A stretch of DNA of 64,000 nucleotides from Octopus sinensis (GCF_006345805.1 NC_043004.1:32798001-32862000), one strand, 5' to 3'; shown: positions 1 to 13,466, numbered from the stretch's first letter. Numbers and translations: made by a program. The notes: generated by a model not told the origin, from the sequence alone.

Positions 1-329
1 CGAGATAATGTGTGATTAATTCAAAACGATGTGAATAAATAAGAATTTCTAATTGACAGAGAAGCAAACTGGAAGCTAAAGTGTTCAGTTGCATTTCTGG
101 AAAGTGACGTCTTCAAGGTTGCAGGCTTGTGGACAAAGCTTTGGAATTAGGGTTTAATCTAAGGTTTGAGACACAGGAATTGTTGCAAAAATGATTGAAG
201 AGACAAGAGGAAGAAAGAAGCACTGTGTGAGTGGTTGCAGTGTATAAGGTAGAAGGGGGAAAAATCTTAACCAATCTCCAACATCGGAAAGGTGATGGAT
301 GAACATGGCTGTGTCTTTTATCACACTGA

Positions 330-367
<38 letters not shown>

Positions 368-576
368 ATACTGATTATAAGCATACACAGACATACACAA
401 TACCTATAAACACATACAGACATACATACATGCACCATACATCTACCCACACCATAAACATGAATAGGAGTTAATAAAACTGTTTTTAGCTGATCTCGTT
501 CCAATTTTGTTAAGCCAGAGCGGAGAAGTAAGTGTTTAACAAGACATTTATCTTTGCTGTTGTTTCTCTATTTCAG

Positions 577-682
577 CTTTAACATTCTCATGCATAATCA
601 TTGGAGTGTTAGCTTTGCTCCATCAAGGAATCAAATTCTTGCTCATATACACAGAGGCTGAAGATATCCATAAACATTTGAC
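577..682 (+). CDS. Ctr/SLC31 copper transporter, internal coding exon (TM1); upstream exon(s) not found in the window
   Basis: Polypyrimidine tract plus tttcag acceptor ends at 576 and a gtaagt donor starts at 683. Translation xLTFSCIIIGVLALLHQGIKFLLIYTEAEDIHKHL(T) resembles Ctr TM1 (SC..vf.la.lYEGLK). The 2-nt overhang 'ac' is phase-compatible with the next exon. Confidence 0.85.
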
Positions 683-1248
683 GTAAGTTTTTTTCTCTCC
701 ATTTTTGCTTCCCTTGTTCTCATTTACTTCTTAGTAAATTGAACCTACTGCTTTTTTTATAAATAATGGTGTGTAACCCCTGGCTGCAGTCTTGGCACAA
801 TCAGGATATAGATTTAAAAAAATAAAACATATTCTTACCCTGCTCGTGTAAGCAACAGCAAGGTGTTGTAATCACTCGTCTTTGTGTGTTTGGAAAATTA
901 CTGGAAAAAGGCTGAATGGATTTTCACCAAATTTGGCAGAAATACTCATTGGATGAGTGGCTTGAAATAACGAGCATTTGGTTTGATTATCTTCAAACAT
1001 ACAGAAATGTATACATAGATATGCAACTTTGTGTATGTGTGTGTACAGTGATGGATTCAAGGGTTTCATTTATTTACAAGTTGATTTCTTAATTTTACCA
1101 GAGTATACCTATAATGGGGATCATAGAACCCAGTAGAGTCCTCTAGCTTTTCTGTTTTTGTTAAACAGTCCAACCCATGCCAGCATGGAGAAAAGGACGT
1201 TAAATGATGATGATGATGATTACATATATATATATATATATACACACA

Positions 1249-1284
<36 letters not shown>

Positions 1285-2146
1285 CAGACAGAGTGTGGTT
1301 GATGAGAAACTGATCAAAGTAGTGAGGCACAAAGAAAAGATATGAACTAGTAAACTCTCCATTTAATATTTATTTGTTCCACTCAGATTAATTAACCAAT
1401 AACTTGTGTGTTGATGTCAGTCAATCAATCATAATTTATTTGGTTGTTAAGATGGTTGCTTGCAGAATCGGCAGAGCATAACAAATTTGATTGGCGATAT
1501 TAGTGCTAGCTCTTTACATTGTCGGTTCAAATCTTACCTTGGTCGACTTTGTCTTTCATCCTTCTAGGCTTGATGAAATAAAGAACCAGTTAAGTATGGG
1601 AGGTTGATTGTACAGACTATTGTTTCTCCCCTCACTACACAAATATATCTTGGAGAATACGCCTCACTGAGAAACAGCTGTACAGACATCTCCTGCCAGT
1701 TTCCACTGTTGTAAAGGAAACGTGCTTGTGATTTGCAAGATATTACTGGTGAGCTAAACAAGGCTTGGCAAGTGGCCGTACTTGAGTAGGTTGTCTGAAC
1801 ACAAGGTATGTAGATCAGTTTGCCAGAGACACTGGATGCCCCCCTGAAGACCTCTCTCAACTGATGCAGGACTGGGACGGATGGGCATGTGTGGATTAGA
1901 AATATCTGAGCAAATCCACCCACTTCAAAATTGCTAGCTTTGTGCCTAAACTAGAAACCATTCTTTTATTTGTCAGAATCCTTCCATTGATAAGAAGGAG
2001 CTTACAAATGATAAACCCTTTCTATTTCAGGTCTTGTTTTTCTATCTGAGGAGACAAACAGACCTGGAATAGAGAGGTCATGTCTTTGATGAGGTCATGA
2101 TTGGCGAGGGAAGGACACAGATGAACTTGACTGATTGAACCATTAA

Positions 2147-2366
2147 CCCTTTCATTACTAACCTGGCTGAAACCGGCTCTGGCTCTGAGTACAAAAGTCT
2201 TATTTTCATAAGTTTTGTATTAAAATCTTCCACCAAACCTTAGTCACAATTTATGTTCCTAACACTAGCTGAATGATAACTAAGTTATTTCACTAAATTC
2301 TTAGTTATATTTAAAGTAATTGAAAGAAACACAGAGCATCTCTAAATAAATACAGTAACGAAAGGG
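2147..2366. mobile_element. piggyBac-type MITE in the Ctr intron
   Basis: TTAA on both sides (2143-2146, 2367-2370) and TIRs CCCTTTC(A/G)TTACT. Confidence 0.8.
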
Positions 2367-2461
2367 TTAATCAAACAATTTGTTATTTGTATGATTTTCA
2401 TAAAAATAATATAGGGAGCATTGATAAATATCTTGACTATTGTTTTGTTTCTTTATTGCAG

Positions 2462-2855
2462 GGAAGGAAGTCGAGGCAGGATTTTCACGAAACGTCGAAT
2501 ATTACAGACTTTACTTCACATGATCAAAGTAGCAAATGGTTACATTCTCATGCTTGTCGTTATGACTTTTAACACATGGATATTCGTGACAGTCGTCTGT
2601 GGTTTGACTGTCGGTTACTTCTGCTATGGTTGGTCTATACAGGACAATTCTTCAAATAGACCTATTTCCAAGACAAAATCAAAGTCTAAAAGCAAAAACA
2701 GAGCCAATGCCAAAACAAACAAAGACAGAGGTCAGACAAATGGCCAAACGAACAACCCACCGCATCTGCTGAGCCGAAATGTCTTGTATCCTGGCGAACA
2801 CATTAGTCATTTTATAACACTTCTAGATCAAGATTTAGATGTTACAGAAGTTTAA
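2462..2855 (+). CDS. Ctr/SLC31 copper transporter, terminal coding exon (TM2, TM3, C-tail)
   Basis: Acceptor ttgcag ends at 2461; ac+g gives Thr, then EGSRGRIFTKRRILQTLLHMIKVANGYILMLVVMTFNTWIFVTVVCGLTVGYFCYGW. It contains the Ctr hallmarks MxxxM (MLVVM-TFN) and GxxxG (GLTVG-YF). Stop TAA at 2853-2855. Confidence 0.92.
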
Positions 2856-2857
2856 CA

Positions 2858-2863
2858 AATAAA
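2858..2863 (+). promoter_or_regulatory. Candidate polyadenylation signal AATAAA
   Basis: AATAAA lies just after the Ctr stop and is followed by T-rich tracts. It may be chance in AT-rich DNA. Confidence 0.3.
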
Positions 2864-4423
2864 GAAATCGTTTTTTTTTTTTCACGTTTTTTTTTCTAAT
2901 CAGTGTTTTGGTTTGATAATTTGATGTTTTGTATAGAAATGTTGGAAGTTAATCTTTTCAGGAAACACCACAAATTCATACAAATGGTCACTTGTGATTT
3001 CAAATGGATTATTCTAAGTGGATGAGACAAATCTTTAATTAGATACATCGTTGTCATTGTCATATCATCATCAGTATCATTATCCTCCTCCTCCATATAT
3101 TACCAAACACCAAAGGACATGCTCAGCTGGTTAAGGTCAAACAACTGACAGGTAAACCTCTGGTATTTAGCAGAATATTCGCTGTAGCCCATCTTTTATA
3201 CTAAGACAGAACAATGTACATGATAACACTTCCAGTCAGTTAAGATCTGAAGCCATGAGAGCAACTGCCTGGTACTGCATCAGGGAATTTACCATCATCA
3301 TTATTATTGTTATGATTATCATTATTATCAAGGTGGTAAGTTGGTAGAATCATTAGCATGCTTGGCGAAATGCTTAGTGATATTTCGTCTGTAATTACAT
3401 TATGAGTTGAAATTCCGTCGAGATCCTTTTGGGATCGATAAATTAAATACAGGTGAAACATTGGGGTCGATGTAATCAACTAGGCCCCTCCCCACGAAAT
3501 TTCGGACCTTGTGTCTATAGTAGAAAGGATTATTTTTACCATCGCCTTAGTGAAGGCTTTGGTATTGTTTTCAGTTGTGTTTGTTTGTTTGTCCATGTAA
3601 TAGATATCTCAAGAACCACTGGATGGATTCAGATAAAACTTTCAGGGATGGTTGGCCTCGTGACTGATACAAAATGTTTAGATTTTGGGATCGATCTTGT
3701 ACCGGACAAGGATACTGGATTATTTTTCCTGTTTTTTACTTAATTTTTGAGAGTGGTTGTGTTCATTTTTAGTATTCTCGTTTGTGAGAGCAGTTGAGTT
3801 TATTTCAGATATTCTCATTTAAAAAATCCTCTCTGGATAATCGTTGAGAGGACATTGGTGTTGCTGTGGCAGAGGTTTGCACTCTCTGAGTGCTCTTCTT
3901 ATTATTAAAATGGTGAGCTGGCAGAAGTATTGCCAATGCCCAAGACAATACTTAGCAGCATTTCTTCTGCTGAGGTTGATTTTGCCTTTTGTCTTATCGA
4001 GGTTAATAAAATCGGTACCAGTCACATACTGGGGGTCGATATAATCATCTACCCTTACACTCCCAAATTTCAGGCCTGTATCTGTCAGTAGAAACGATTA
4101 TTCATTTTGATGATGTTTTCAACTTTAGAATTCTTCTGGAAATATATCAAGCATTGATGGCAGTTCTATGGACGTTTGTTATAAATCAGTCATGTTCTGT
4201 GACTGCTGCCTTGGCTCCACACACACACACATTGGCTTCAAATTATGGCACAAGACAAGCAATTTTGAGGGTGGGTGAGTGGGTTACATTGGCCCCAGTG
4301 ATCAACTGGTGACTATTTCATTGACTTTGAAGGGATGAAAGGCAAAGTCGACCGTGACATGATTCGAACTCAGAACCTAAAGTTGGGAAAAATGCTGCAC
4401 TAATGATTCGGTCAGCTTGTCAC

Positions 4424-4460
<37 letters not shown>

Positions 4461-5210
4461 TGTAGACACAGTATGGGCAAATAATTAAAAAGTTCACTTC
4501 ACACCGAAGTCCTGCATTCGACCCAATTGTCTGATATCTTGGGTGAATGTCATTTTCTATAACTTCGGGTTGACTAAATACCTCGTAAGTGTGAAATTGA
4601 GTGAATGGAAACTGTGCAGAAACCCATCTGCTGGTTTGTACTTGTAAGTCAAAAAAGAGCAAAACCTTATTACCCTTTGTCACGCTGATTCTGCTCGAGA
4701 AGTATTTTAAGGGTACACATGTCTGTGGAATACTCAGCCTCTTAGGGACAGATGAATCGGTTGATAAAGTAAGTGAATTCACAACGTTAAACAACGGAGA
4801 TCCACACACACACACACTCATCTGTCTGTCTGTTTGTCGATTTAGTGAGTAATAAAGCAAACTAAGAGCATCACATATGCTCTGCTCCACGCACGAAGTG
4901 CAGCAGCAGCTTACTCTGAGTTCTTGCCTTAAGCCATTGCAATAACCTTTCCTGAGCATGTGTATACTCTAATAGAAATGTCTAATCTATGTAGCAGGCC
5001 ACAGTTTTAGGGAGAAGTTTGATAGGGTTCTCTGCTTGGAAATATATTATCGATTCTGACGGATATAGGGAACATAGAACGCCAACCTTGGACGGTTTTG
5101 AAGAGAACACAGAGGGACGTAACTAAATAACGAAGAGATTGAATTCCATGATCTTTGTTTACTCCTTACCAACCTGGCATTAACTAATTAATAATCATAA
5201 ATTCTAATAA

Positions 5211-5440
5211 AGCGGCGAGCTGGCAGAAACGTTAGCACGCCGGGTGAAATGCGTAGCCGTATTTCGTCTGCCGTTACGTTCTGAGTTCAAATTCCGCCGA
5301 GGTCGACTTTGCCTTTCATCCTTTCGGGGTCGTTTAAATAAGTACCAGTTACGCACTGGGGTCGATATAACCGACTTAATCCGTTTGTCTGTCCTTGTTT
5401 GTCCCCACTATGTTTAGCCCCCTTGTGGGCAATAAAGAAA
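5211..5440 (+). mobile_element. tRNA-derived SINE family A (representative copy)
   Basis: Head gcggcgagctggcagaaacgttagc...gagttcaaattcc has A/B-box-like motifs; body gcctttcatcctttcggggtcg; flanked by attctaata duplication. Degenerate copies lie near 1450, 3330, 3915, 4235, 8830, 10185, 12930, 50235 and 60300-60770. Confidence 0.85.
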
Positions 5441-6166
5441 GAAATAATACATTCTAATATCAATCTAATTTAAAAAAAAAAATTCAAGCATCAGTAATGA
5501 ATAACTTTTGATATTATATGAGAGAAGTGGGGAGATGGAGAGAGATTTGGCGGTGTCATTGTTTCTGCTGTGATCAACAACTCATTTTGATAAACTTAGA
5601 AATCTGGACGCTGAAATCGACAAAATAGATATACAAGGGCAATCACTCTTGCATTAAAGAAATTGTCTTTGGAAGAGTTATTTCTCTTACTTAAAATTTT
5701 GTTATTGCTAATGATATTAGCTCCCTTTGATATGTTGACTTTTTATTTCGATCGCCGTCTTAGAGGTGATCATCCCGTTTGTTCTGGAATATTCTCTCTA
5801 GACTTATATTCTACAATAAGTGACAAACGATTGCATATAACTAAATGCAAATCTAATCCGTTCAAAACATCATACAGCAGTTTCATTATCATCACTGTTC
5901 ACCAACCACGGCACTGGTCGATAGAACAGAAACTTAATCTCATCAGTATTACCGCCAGACAGGAACATACCAAATTGTAATCCGAGGCTATTACACTGCA
6001 ATCTGTACAGCTAATTATTGCATGTCGTAATGTAATAGTCTAGGCTTCAGGCAAATGGAATATATGGTCAGATCTGTGAAACTGTAGGTTGCACCTTATC
6101 ATTCGACCGACTACCTCCATGCCATAAGTTTATGGCATAAGTTTTGATCAAGGCTGACTGGGGCTC

Positions 6167-7380
6167 AGCCACGTAGCCAGCCGATTGCAACTGGGGGTGC
6201 TATCTTGATAGCTATGGGTGCTGAACAGGGGTATGGACAAAAGCTCCTACTCAAAGTGTGAAAGTGGACAAAAGCTCCATGCTTATATTTTTCGGTTATT
6301 CTTTTCGTTTTTGTTTTCACATTTCTTGACGCCTAACCTGGTCAAAACTTCTGATATATCTTGTTTTTATTTTCATTTTACTTGTTGCAATCATTATACT
6401 GAGGCCATGCTGGGGCATCACTTCGAAGAATTTTTAGTCGAATGTATCGACTCCAATATTTAAAAAAAATGATTTTCAAGAAGCACATAGTTAAGCCTAA
6501 AAGGTCTTTCTACATGCTAGAGATAACAGTCAAATCTTTAAACATTATTTTTTAAATATAATTTCAAATAAACATCGAGCATAAGGCTGACAGTGTGTCT
6601 TCTCAACAATTCGATGATTTCGTTTTGCATTGCTGCTGAGGTGTAGGTCGCATTTTTTGGAATCGTGCTGTAACATTCCATTAGCTTTGAGTCTTTCTCT
6701 AATGTGTACTGGAATAATTTCATAAAAAGACTACAAGGCTACGTATCATCTTCCGAATAAAGATCCTGAAAAGCTTCATTTTCGTTTCCTCGAAAAGGCA
6801 ATTCGTTTGCACAAAGAAATTGAACAATATCAACCATGGAACTGATATAATAACGGGTTTTGCTCAACTGATCGTTTTGCAAGATTGAAGACACGGATGT
6901 TGTTGTGGATAAATGCTGTTGGCGTTCCTTCCATGTTACCATAGCTTGGATATGGGATGCAGAGTTTGCATGCTTATTTAAACCTTTGTTTTTTTCTTTT
7001 GCATGATGTCAATTAGAATATCCATTTTTAATAAAACAAGTATCAGCTTGAGCAGCAGTATTAATGTGCCGACAAGCAAAACAAAACAAGTCTTTCTTTG
7101 AAAGAGAATACTCTAACCGTAAATGACCAGTATACCAGCTTGACGAGAAGTCACGTCTCTGATTTCCATAAATTTTTGGATCAAACTTTGCTAGAACTGG
7201 CTGCACTGTTTGGCAGTCGACCTGTCCTAGATCATCCAATGAGGGTGTCAAAGACTTTGCAAGACCTCCCTTGGGCTGCGAAACTTCGTTTGCAATTCTC
7301 TTCTGTTTAGCATTATTAGATGAATCAGATTGGAAATTCAGCAATGATTGCTTCAGTTTTCTTTTTCGGTAGTGATTCAT
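6167..7380 (-). pseudogene. Decayed hAT transposase (ZMYM1-like, TTF zinc finger / DUF4371 region)
   Basis: Consecutive minus-strand ORFs read RRDFSSSWY..LEYS..KD..FCFACR, then DIVQFLCANELPFRG..E, then NATYTSAAMQNEIIELL, broken by stops. A possible hAT terminus cagccacgtagccag lies at ~6167. Confidence 0.8.
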
Positions 7381-7952
7381 TATTTTTGGGTACCGATATT
7401 CGCAATTATTAATTCTAAGGTAGAATATCGTAGTAAGAGTAATAATTTCTTAAAATAAAAGAGATTTCGGTTCAAGCAATTTTTTTTTCAATTTCTTCAA
7501 AGCTATGCTTTTTTAGTTAAACACAAAATAATTTCAGTATAAACTTTATTCAAAGAGTAAGAAAAATTATTCAGTGAAAGTTCTAACCTGTAAAATACTT
7601 TCTGAATGTATATTTTGGGAAATTTCAAAACTTTCTTTTTTTCCTTTTTTTGCAAATCCTCTCCGACTAGTAGAAATAAAATGACTTTTTGATGAGTTTA
7701 CTATCATAAATCTCTAACTACAGCAACAATTCTTCACATACTTTTCAACTGCAGCAAGGACAATCACCAGCACCGCCGTTGCCACCACGAGCACCACCAC
7801 CACCACCACAACAACAACAAGAACAAATGACCCTGCTTCAGCCACTCCTTAATTCAACCCACAGTTGATGACCGGGTCAGCAGTCTATTCTGCAACGACG
7901 ATTACGGCTACAAGAATCACTTTCACCAGCTCTAATTTACCCACATTTTCAA

Positions 7953-8059
7953 ATTCAATTTATTGCATCTTTAGCGACTTCAGATATTGCTTATCAGATA
8001 TGTCCGGGCAATATTTCATAAGCAATATCTGAAGTCGCTAAAGATGCAATAAATTGAAT
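7953..8059. repeat. Perfect 42-bp inverted repeat with 23-nt spacer
   Basis: 7953-7994 is the reverse complement of 8018-8059. Confidence 0.9.
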
Positions 8060-8642
8060 GAGCCACAAAGAATCATTGTTTCTGTTGAAACATTTTTGCC
8101 GTTGTTTCAATTAATTTTTTAAATAATCAAGAATTTAGTAAAATAATTCCATTGGAAGATTAATTAATATGAAATTTTAATGAAAAACTTTAATATTTAG
8201 ATCACTTTAACACTTTTGTTACCATATTCCTGTTGAAATATACTGCTTTTGTTTCAATTAATTTCGAAGATGACGAAGGATTTAGTAAAATAACTTTGTC
8301 CTTATTAAGTAATGTTTTGAGCATAACATGAAATTTCGATGGAAAGTTTTCAGTTAGGTTTTTTAAAAATAGGAAGGTTGTATAAGAGAACCAGGGACAG
8401 TGTCGAAGAGTTTAAAATTGAATCTCATTTGGTTAGGTGAGGAATGTTGTTTGTTGCTGCAGCTAACTTTAAACCGTGAAGTCCCTGTCAGGGGCGATCT
8501 CATATCGGTTGATATAAAAAGGTTTACAACAGCTCTGCAAGACTAGCACTTGTTACTCTACAAATACTATTAAGAGAAACTTTCTTTTAGAACATTGTTA
8601 TTTTTTAATCTAACAACGAGAGATATTCAGCAACAGTACTTT

Positions 8643-8818
8643 TGTAGTAAAGATTGTTTGCCAACATAACATGGCAGCCCTGGTTTAGGACGAATGTTGC
8701 TGTAATTAAGCTCCTGGAGACATCGTCTCTAGCTGGCTATACGACACAATCTAAATTACAGCAACATTTGTCCTAAACCAGGACTGCCATGTTATATTGG
8801 CAAACAATCTTTACTACA
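8643..8818. mobile_element. Foldback/MITE, ~65-bp arms; same family as 63462-63746
   Basis: Arms 8643-8707 and 8754-8818. Shares tagtaaag..gccaaca..tggcag.cct..aggacga with the 63.5 kb copy. Confidence 0.75.
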
Positions 8819-9065
8819 TCTTTCTTTTAATATTGATTTCAAATTTTGGCACAAGGCCAGCAGTGGGTAAGTCGATTACATCGACTCCAGTGCTCAGCTG
8901 GTATTTATCGATCCCGAAACGGATGAAAAGCAAAGTCGACTTCGGCTGAATTTCAATTCATAATGTTAAGACAGACAAAATGCCCTTAAGCACTTTGTTC
9001 GCTGCGGTAACGATTTTGCCAGCTCATCGCCTAAAATTTTCTTTTAATATTAAAATGCTGAATAG

Positions 9066-9700
9066 GGCGGCGAGCTGGCAGAAACGATAGCACGCCTGGC
9101 GAAATGCTTTTGTTTGTCTTTACGTTCTGAATTCAATTTCCGCCGGGGTCGGCTTTGCCTTTCATTCTTTCGGGGGTCGATAAATTAAGTACCAGTTGCG
9201 TACTGGAGTCGATCTAATCGACTGGCCCCCTCCCCCAAAATTTCGGGCCTTGTGCCTAGAGTAGAAGAGAACATTAAAATGTTGAGTACAGCGGTGAGCT
9301 GGCAGAATCGTTAGCATGCCAGCATTTCGTCTGTCTTTTTGTTCTGAGTTCAAATTCCGCCGAGGTTGACTTGGTTTTTCATCCTTTCGGGGTCGATAAA
9401 TTAAGTATTAGCTGCGTACTGGAGTCGATCTAATCGACTGGGTCCCTTCCCAAAAGTTTCGGGCCTTGTGCCTAGAGTAGAAAAGAACATTAAAATGTTG
9501 AGTACAGCGGCGAGCTGGCTGAATCGTTAGCATGCCAGCATTTCGTCTGTCTTCGTGTTCTGAGTTCAAATTCCATCGAGGTTGACTTGGCTTTTCATCC
9601 TTTCGGGGTCAATAAAACACTGAGGGGGGGGGGTCAGTGTAATCGAGTTAACCCCGTCTTCCCCGAATCTGCTGGTGTTGTACCAAAATTTGAAGCCAAT
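9066..9700 (+). mobile_element. Three tandem SINE-A-like copies (~217-nt period)
   Basis: Repeated SINE head and body separated by the repeated spacer aacattaaaatgttgagtacagcgg. Confidence 0.8.
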
Positions 9701-10678
9701 ATTAAAGTGTTGAGTATCACAGTTGATCTAATCGACTTTATCCCCAACCAACCAAATTTTTCGATTTTGTTTGTCAGAAATCACTGCAAGCGTGTAAAAG
9801 ATCTTAATTTAAATTATTCTACGTCATTTAATTAATGAAACCGGATCATTTGTCTGTTTCTGAAGATAAACAACTACACTGCAGTCTCCAATTGCGCCTT
9901 GCGCCGTTCCAGAAATATTTGCTAGAAACAAGAGCAAAATTTCCCTTAAATCTCACATAACAAAGGTCCCGTTTGACAATGTCGTCCCAAACATAGACAC
10001 GCATTTATTTCTCATGTGTTATCGCCACTTTAATGTCAAGCTGCACGAATCGTTAACTTCAAATATTTATATTCTTTAATTCTAACCAAGTGAAATAGGA
10101 AGTTGTGACCGTCATGCCTTTTTACACTCAAATAGTTATGTAAACAAAATAAGATAGCTTAACTACAACTCGAAAATAAATACCTATTTCTTTACTACCC
10201 ACAAGGGGCTAAACACAGAGAGGACAAGCAAGAACAGACGGCGGAATTTGAACTCAGAACGTAACGGCAGACGAAATACGGCTACGCATTTCGCCCTGCG
10301 TGCTAACGTTTCTGCCAGCTCGCCGCCTTGATAAAATAAATACCAGTAATACACTAAGGTCAATCTAATGAAATTCACATCTATGTTTTTCTTCTTTTTA
10401 CTTGCGTTTTATGAAAAAGAATTGTGAGGTAGGTGGAAATTCTCTGCGGGACTGTGTTTGAAGCTATGATTAAAGCTGGTCGATAACTTTCACTGAATAT
10501 CTTAATACCATGCATATCACGACTATCAGAGCTGGCCCTAAAGATGAATCCTTTCCCCCGTTTCATATTTAATCTTTAATCAGAACAAGGACAAGCTACT
10601 GGCTCTATCACCTCAGTAGAATATGGAATAAATAAATATTAAATACATTTGTATTTGAAACAAGTAAATAAGTAAATC

Positions 10679-11040
10679 GTGGCACTCCGTCGGTTACCAC
10701 GACGACGCGGGTTCCAGTTGATCCGATCAAGGGAAATAGCCTGCTCGTGAAATTAACGTGCAAGTGGCTGAGCATTCAACAGACACGTATACCCATAACG
10801 TAGTTCTCGGGCAGATTCAGCGTGACACAGAGTGTGACAAAGCTGGCTCTTTGAAATTACAGTTACAACAGAAACAGGAAAAAAGAGTGAGAGAAAGTTG
10901 TGGTAAAAGAGTACAGCAGGGTTCACCACGTGAAATAAAGAGTCTTGCTCAAGAACACAGCACACAACCCGGTCTGGGAATCGAACTCACTACCTCACGA
11001 TTGTAAGCTCAACGCTATAACCAGTGAGTCATGCGCCTTC
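10679..11040 (-). mobile_element. tRNA-derived SINE family C
   Basis: tRNA-like head at the right end (ggaatcgaactcac...accagtgagtcatgcgccttc). Related copies at ~33010-33293 and 48540-49383. Confidence 0.7.
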
Positions 11041-11237
11041 AACAAAATAAATATTTAATACATTTGGACGATAAAACCTGTCGAGTACAAACATGAATAC
11101 ATACATACATACAAACATACATACAAACATACATACATACATACATACATACATACATACATACATACATACATACATACATGCATATACCAGCTATTAA
11201 CGATGGAAGTAGTGTTTGTAACGAATGTTAATTTGTG

Positions 11238-11748
11238 CATCTAACTGGAAGTGTTGTGTAAACGCCATAAACTACTGCAATTGTCCTAGGAAATCATCTC
11301 CTAAAGACAAATAGCACTAAAAGGCACAAATTATATCAACAGGCAAATTTCGTCAGCACCGGTGTTAGGACTATTGTATCACGTGATTTCAGCATATTTT
11401 TGCATCATCACCAGCAGACACCTAAACACCGAACGCTACGATGTTGCTTAACAGTGACAAAGCTGTCAGTAATGTTGCAAAACACAGACAGGCTGTGTAC
11501 AGCTATTAATAACGAAAGCAGTTTTTGTAAAGGTCTGACAAGGTTAAGGTCTGTGTTTCGGTGCCTATTACTGACGATGCGAAAATACGCTGAAATCCCG
11601 TGATACAGTAGTCCTACCACCAATGCTGATGGGATTCTTCTGCCTGTATAATCGGTGCTTTTTTGGCACTATTGGTCTCTACGAGATGATTTCTCAGCAT
11701 CTCTAATGCAGTTCATGGTGCTTACACAACACATCCAAGCTAAACTGC
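11238..11748. repeat. Old imperfect foldback, ~200-bp arms
   Basis: For example, taggactattgtatcacgtgatttcagcatattt pairs with aaatacgctgaaatcccgtgatacagtagtccta. Similarity continues outward with mismatches. Confidence 0.75.
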
Positions 11749-11760
11749 TTATAAAAATTA

Positions 11761-11791
<31 letters not shown>

Positions 11792-11964
11792 GTTGAAACT
11801 GTTTGAGTTACGGTACACATGTGTCGCAAATGCTCATTGTGCAACCTCCATCCATAAGTCGGGGGGTGGGATGGGGGTATTAACTAAGCAAGAAATCAAT
11901 ATATTCAGTTCAATCGTGATGACAAGAGTTGTCTAGAAGGCTGTAAGACTTCTCTAAACCGTGA

Positions 11965-11995
<31 letters not shown>

Positions 11996-13466
11996 CATGT
12001 GCGTGCGTGTATGTATGTATGTCGTCTCTTCTAACTTACAATTAGAGACAATCATGGAACCAAACAAATTAACAAATTAATTTAATTAACTAAATTAAAA
12101 TATAAATTAACGAAACAAAGTAAATCAATAATAAAATCGATATTTTAGTTAATTATTTCTGTGCTGGGCGCCGTAATAGGTAGAGAATTGTCAGCAAGTT
12201 GAGTTTCACTCATCAGATTAAGTTCCTTGTTGAAGATGTGTAAATGTGTTTGGGAGAGGCATGAATGTCTCCAGCCTGTTTTTGTTTTCTACTTAGAAAA
12301 TGATATTGTGGTTAGTTAGGAGAAACCAATATTATATTTGATTACAACGTGTATCGTAAAGTAAGAGGTAAGCTCTCGATAAGCAGAGACTGTAGTCCTG
12401 TTTCGATTCTTGACTGGAAGCCTCTCACTTCCTTTGTCCGACAAAACTGAATTATCCGAGCGTCGGATAATTCGGTTTAATTTCCCTGTTAAATCTAATC
12501 TTTGTGCATAAAAAACGCCATCTCACCTACATATCTCACACCGAGTTAGCGACTTAGCATTCATATTCACCGAAATCGACTTCACTAATCGAATCTTCCA
12601 GGGATTAGATTAGTGGTATTAACAGATTAAGACCAAATTTATATTTAATACATTCCTTTGCTAGATGTGAAATGGCTTCGTGGATATAGAACCGGGTTAG
12701 CAGCAGACAGCGAGTTCAAAACCATTGTGAATAACCCCCTAGTATTGTTGTTGTCATTTAACCCTAGGTCAGACCTAATTGAACAGATTTATAATCAAAG
12801 GCGTTCCAACCATGTACATTCGTTTTTTTTTTTTTCAAATATAAGTTGTATTTAAGATCACATTATCTAGTGGTACCTTAGCGTTTTATTTTTCTTTCTA
12901 AGGGTATTAGAGAGATGGGGGGGGGACCTGGCTGGTGAGCGGGCTGAATCGTTAGGATGACGGGAAAAATGATTAGCGGCATTTCGTCCGTCTTTACGTT
13001 CTGGGTTCAAATTCTGTCGGGGTCGACTTTTGTCATTCATCATTTCGGGTTTGATAAAATAAGTACCAGTCGAGCATTGGGATCGATCTGATCGACTTAA
13101 CAGCATCCCCGAGGCTGCTGACCATGTACCGTACCAAAGTTTGAAACCATTAGTATAATTATTCATGAGATTAGATTAAGAACGACGACACTTGGAAATC
13201 ATGTGCACAAATACCACCTTGTCCCTGGTGGGTTTCACTTGTTATGGTTTTCATTCGTGGTCGAACTGTTTCTTTTCACTCGTGGTCTCCACAGATGTTG
13301 CTTCTATCAAATGATGACTGAATACCACGACTTCGCAGTCTTGTCATCAGCGCCTCGTTTGCCTATTCACACAGAAAATGGTTGTGTTTTGCCGCTGGCT
13401 TTTCCCTATCTTTAGTACTTACAGGGTTACTTGGGTTGGAGCTGCGTTTGTGGTTCAATTGGGCAA

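Noticed and set aside
5211-5300. tRNA-like sequences
   Set aside because: They are SINE heads with no complete cloverleaf and are always fused to SINE bodies.
5560-6160. Coding-like composition next to the hAT remnant
   Set aside because: The frames I translated are interrupted by stops or lack any recognisable motif. A translated search would be needed.
11570-11590. CUGACGAUGCGAAA
   Set aside because: Only 3 nt separate the core halves, and the motif is not kept in the opposite arm.
12200-12220. Minus-strand CUGAUGAGUGAAAC
   Set aside because: There is no room for stem II and no stem I partner.
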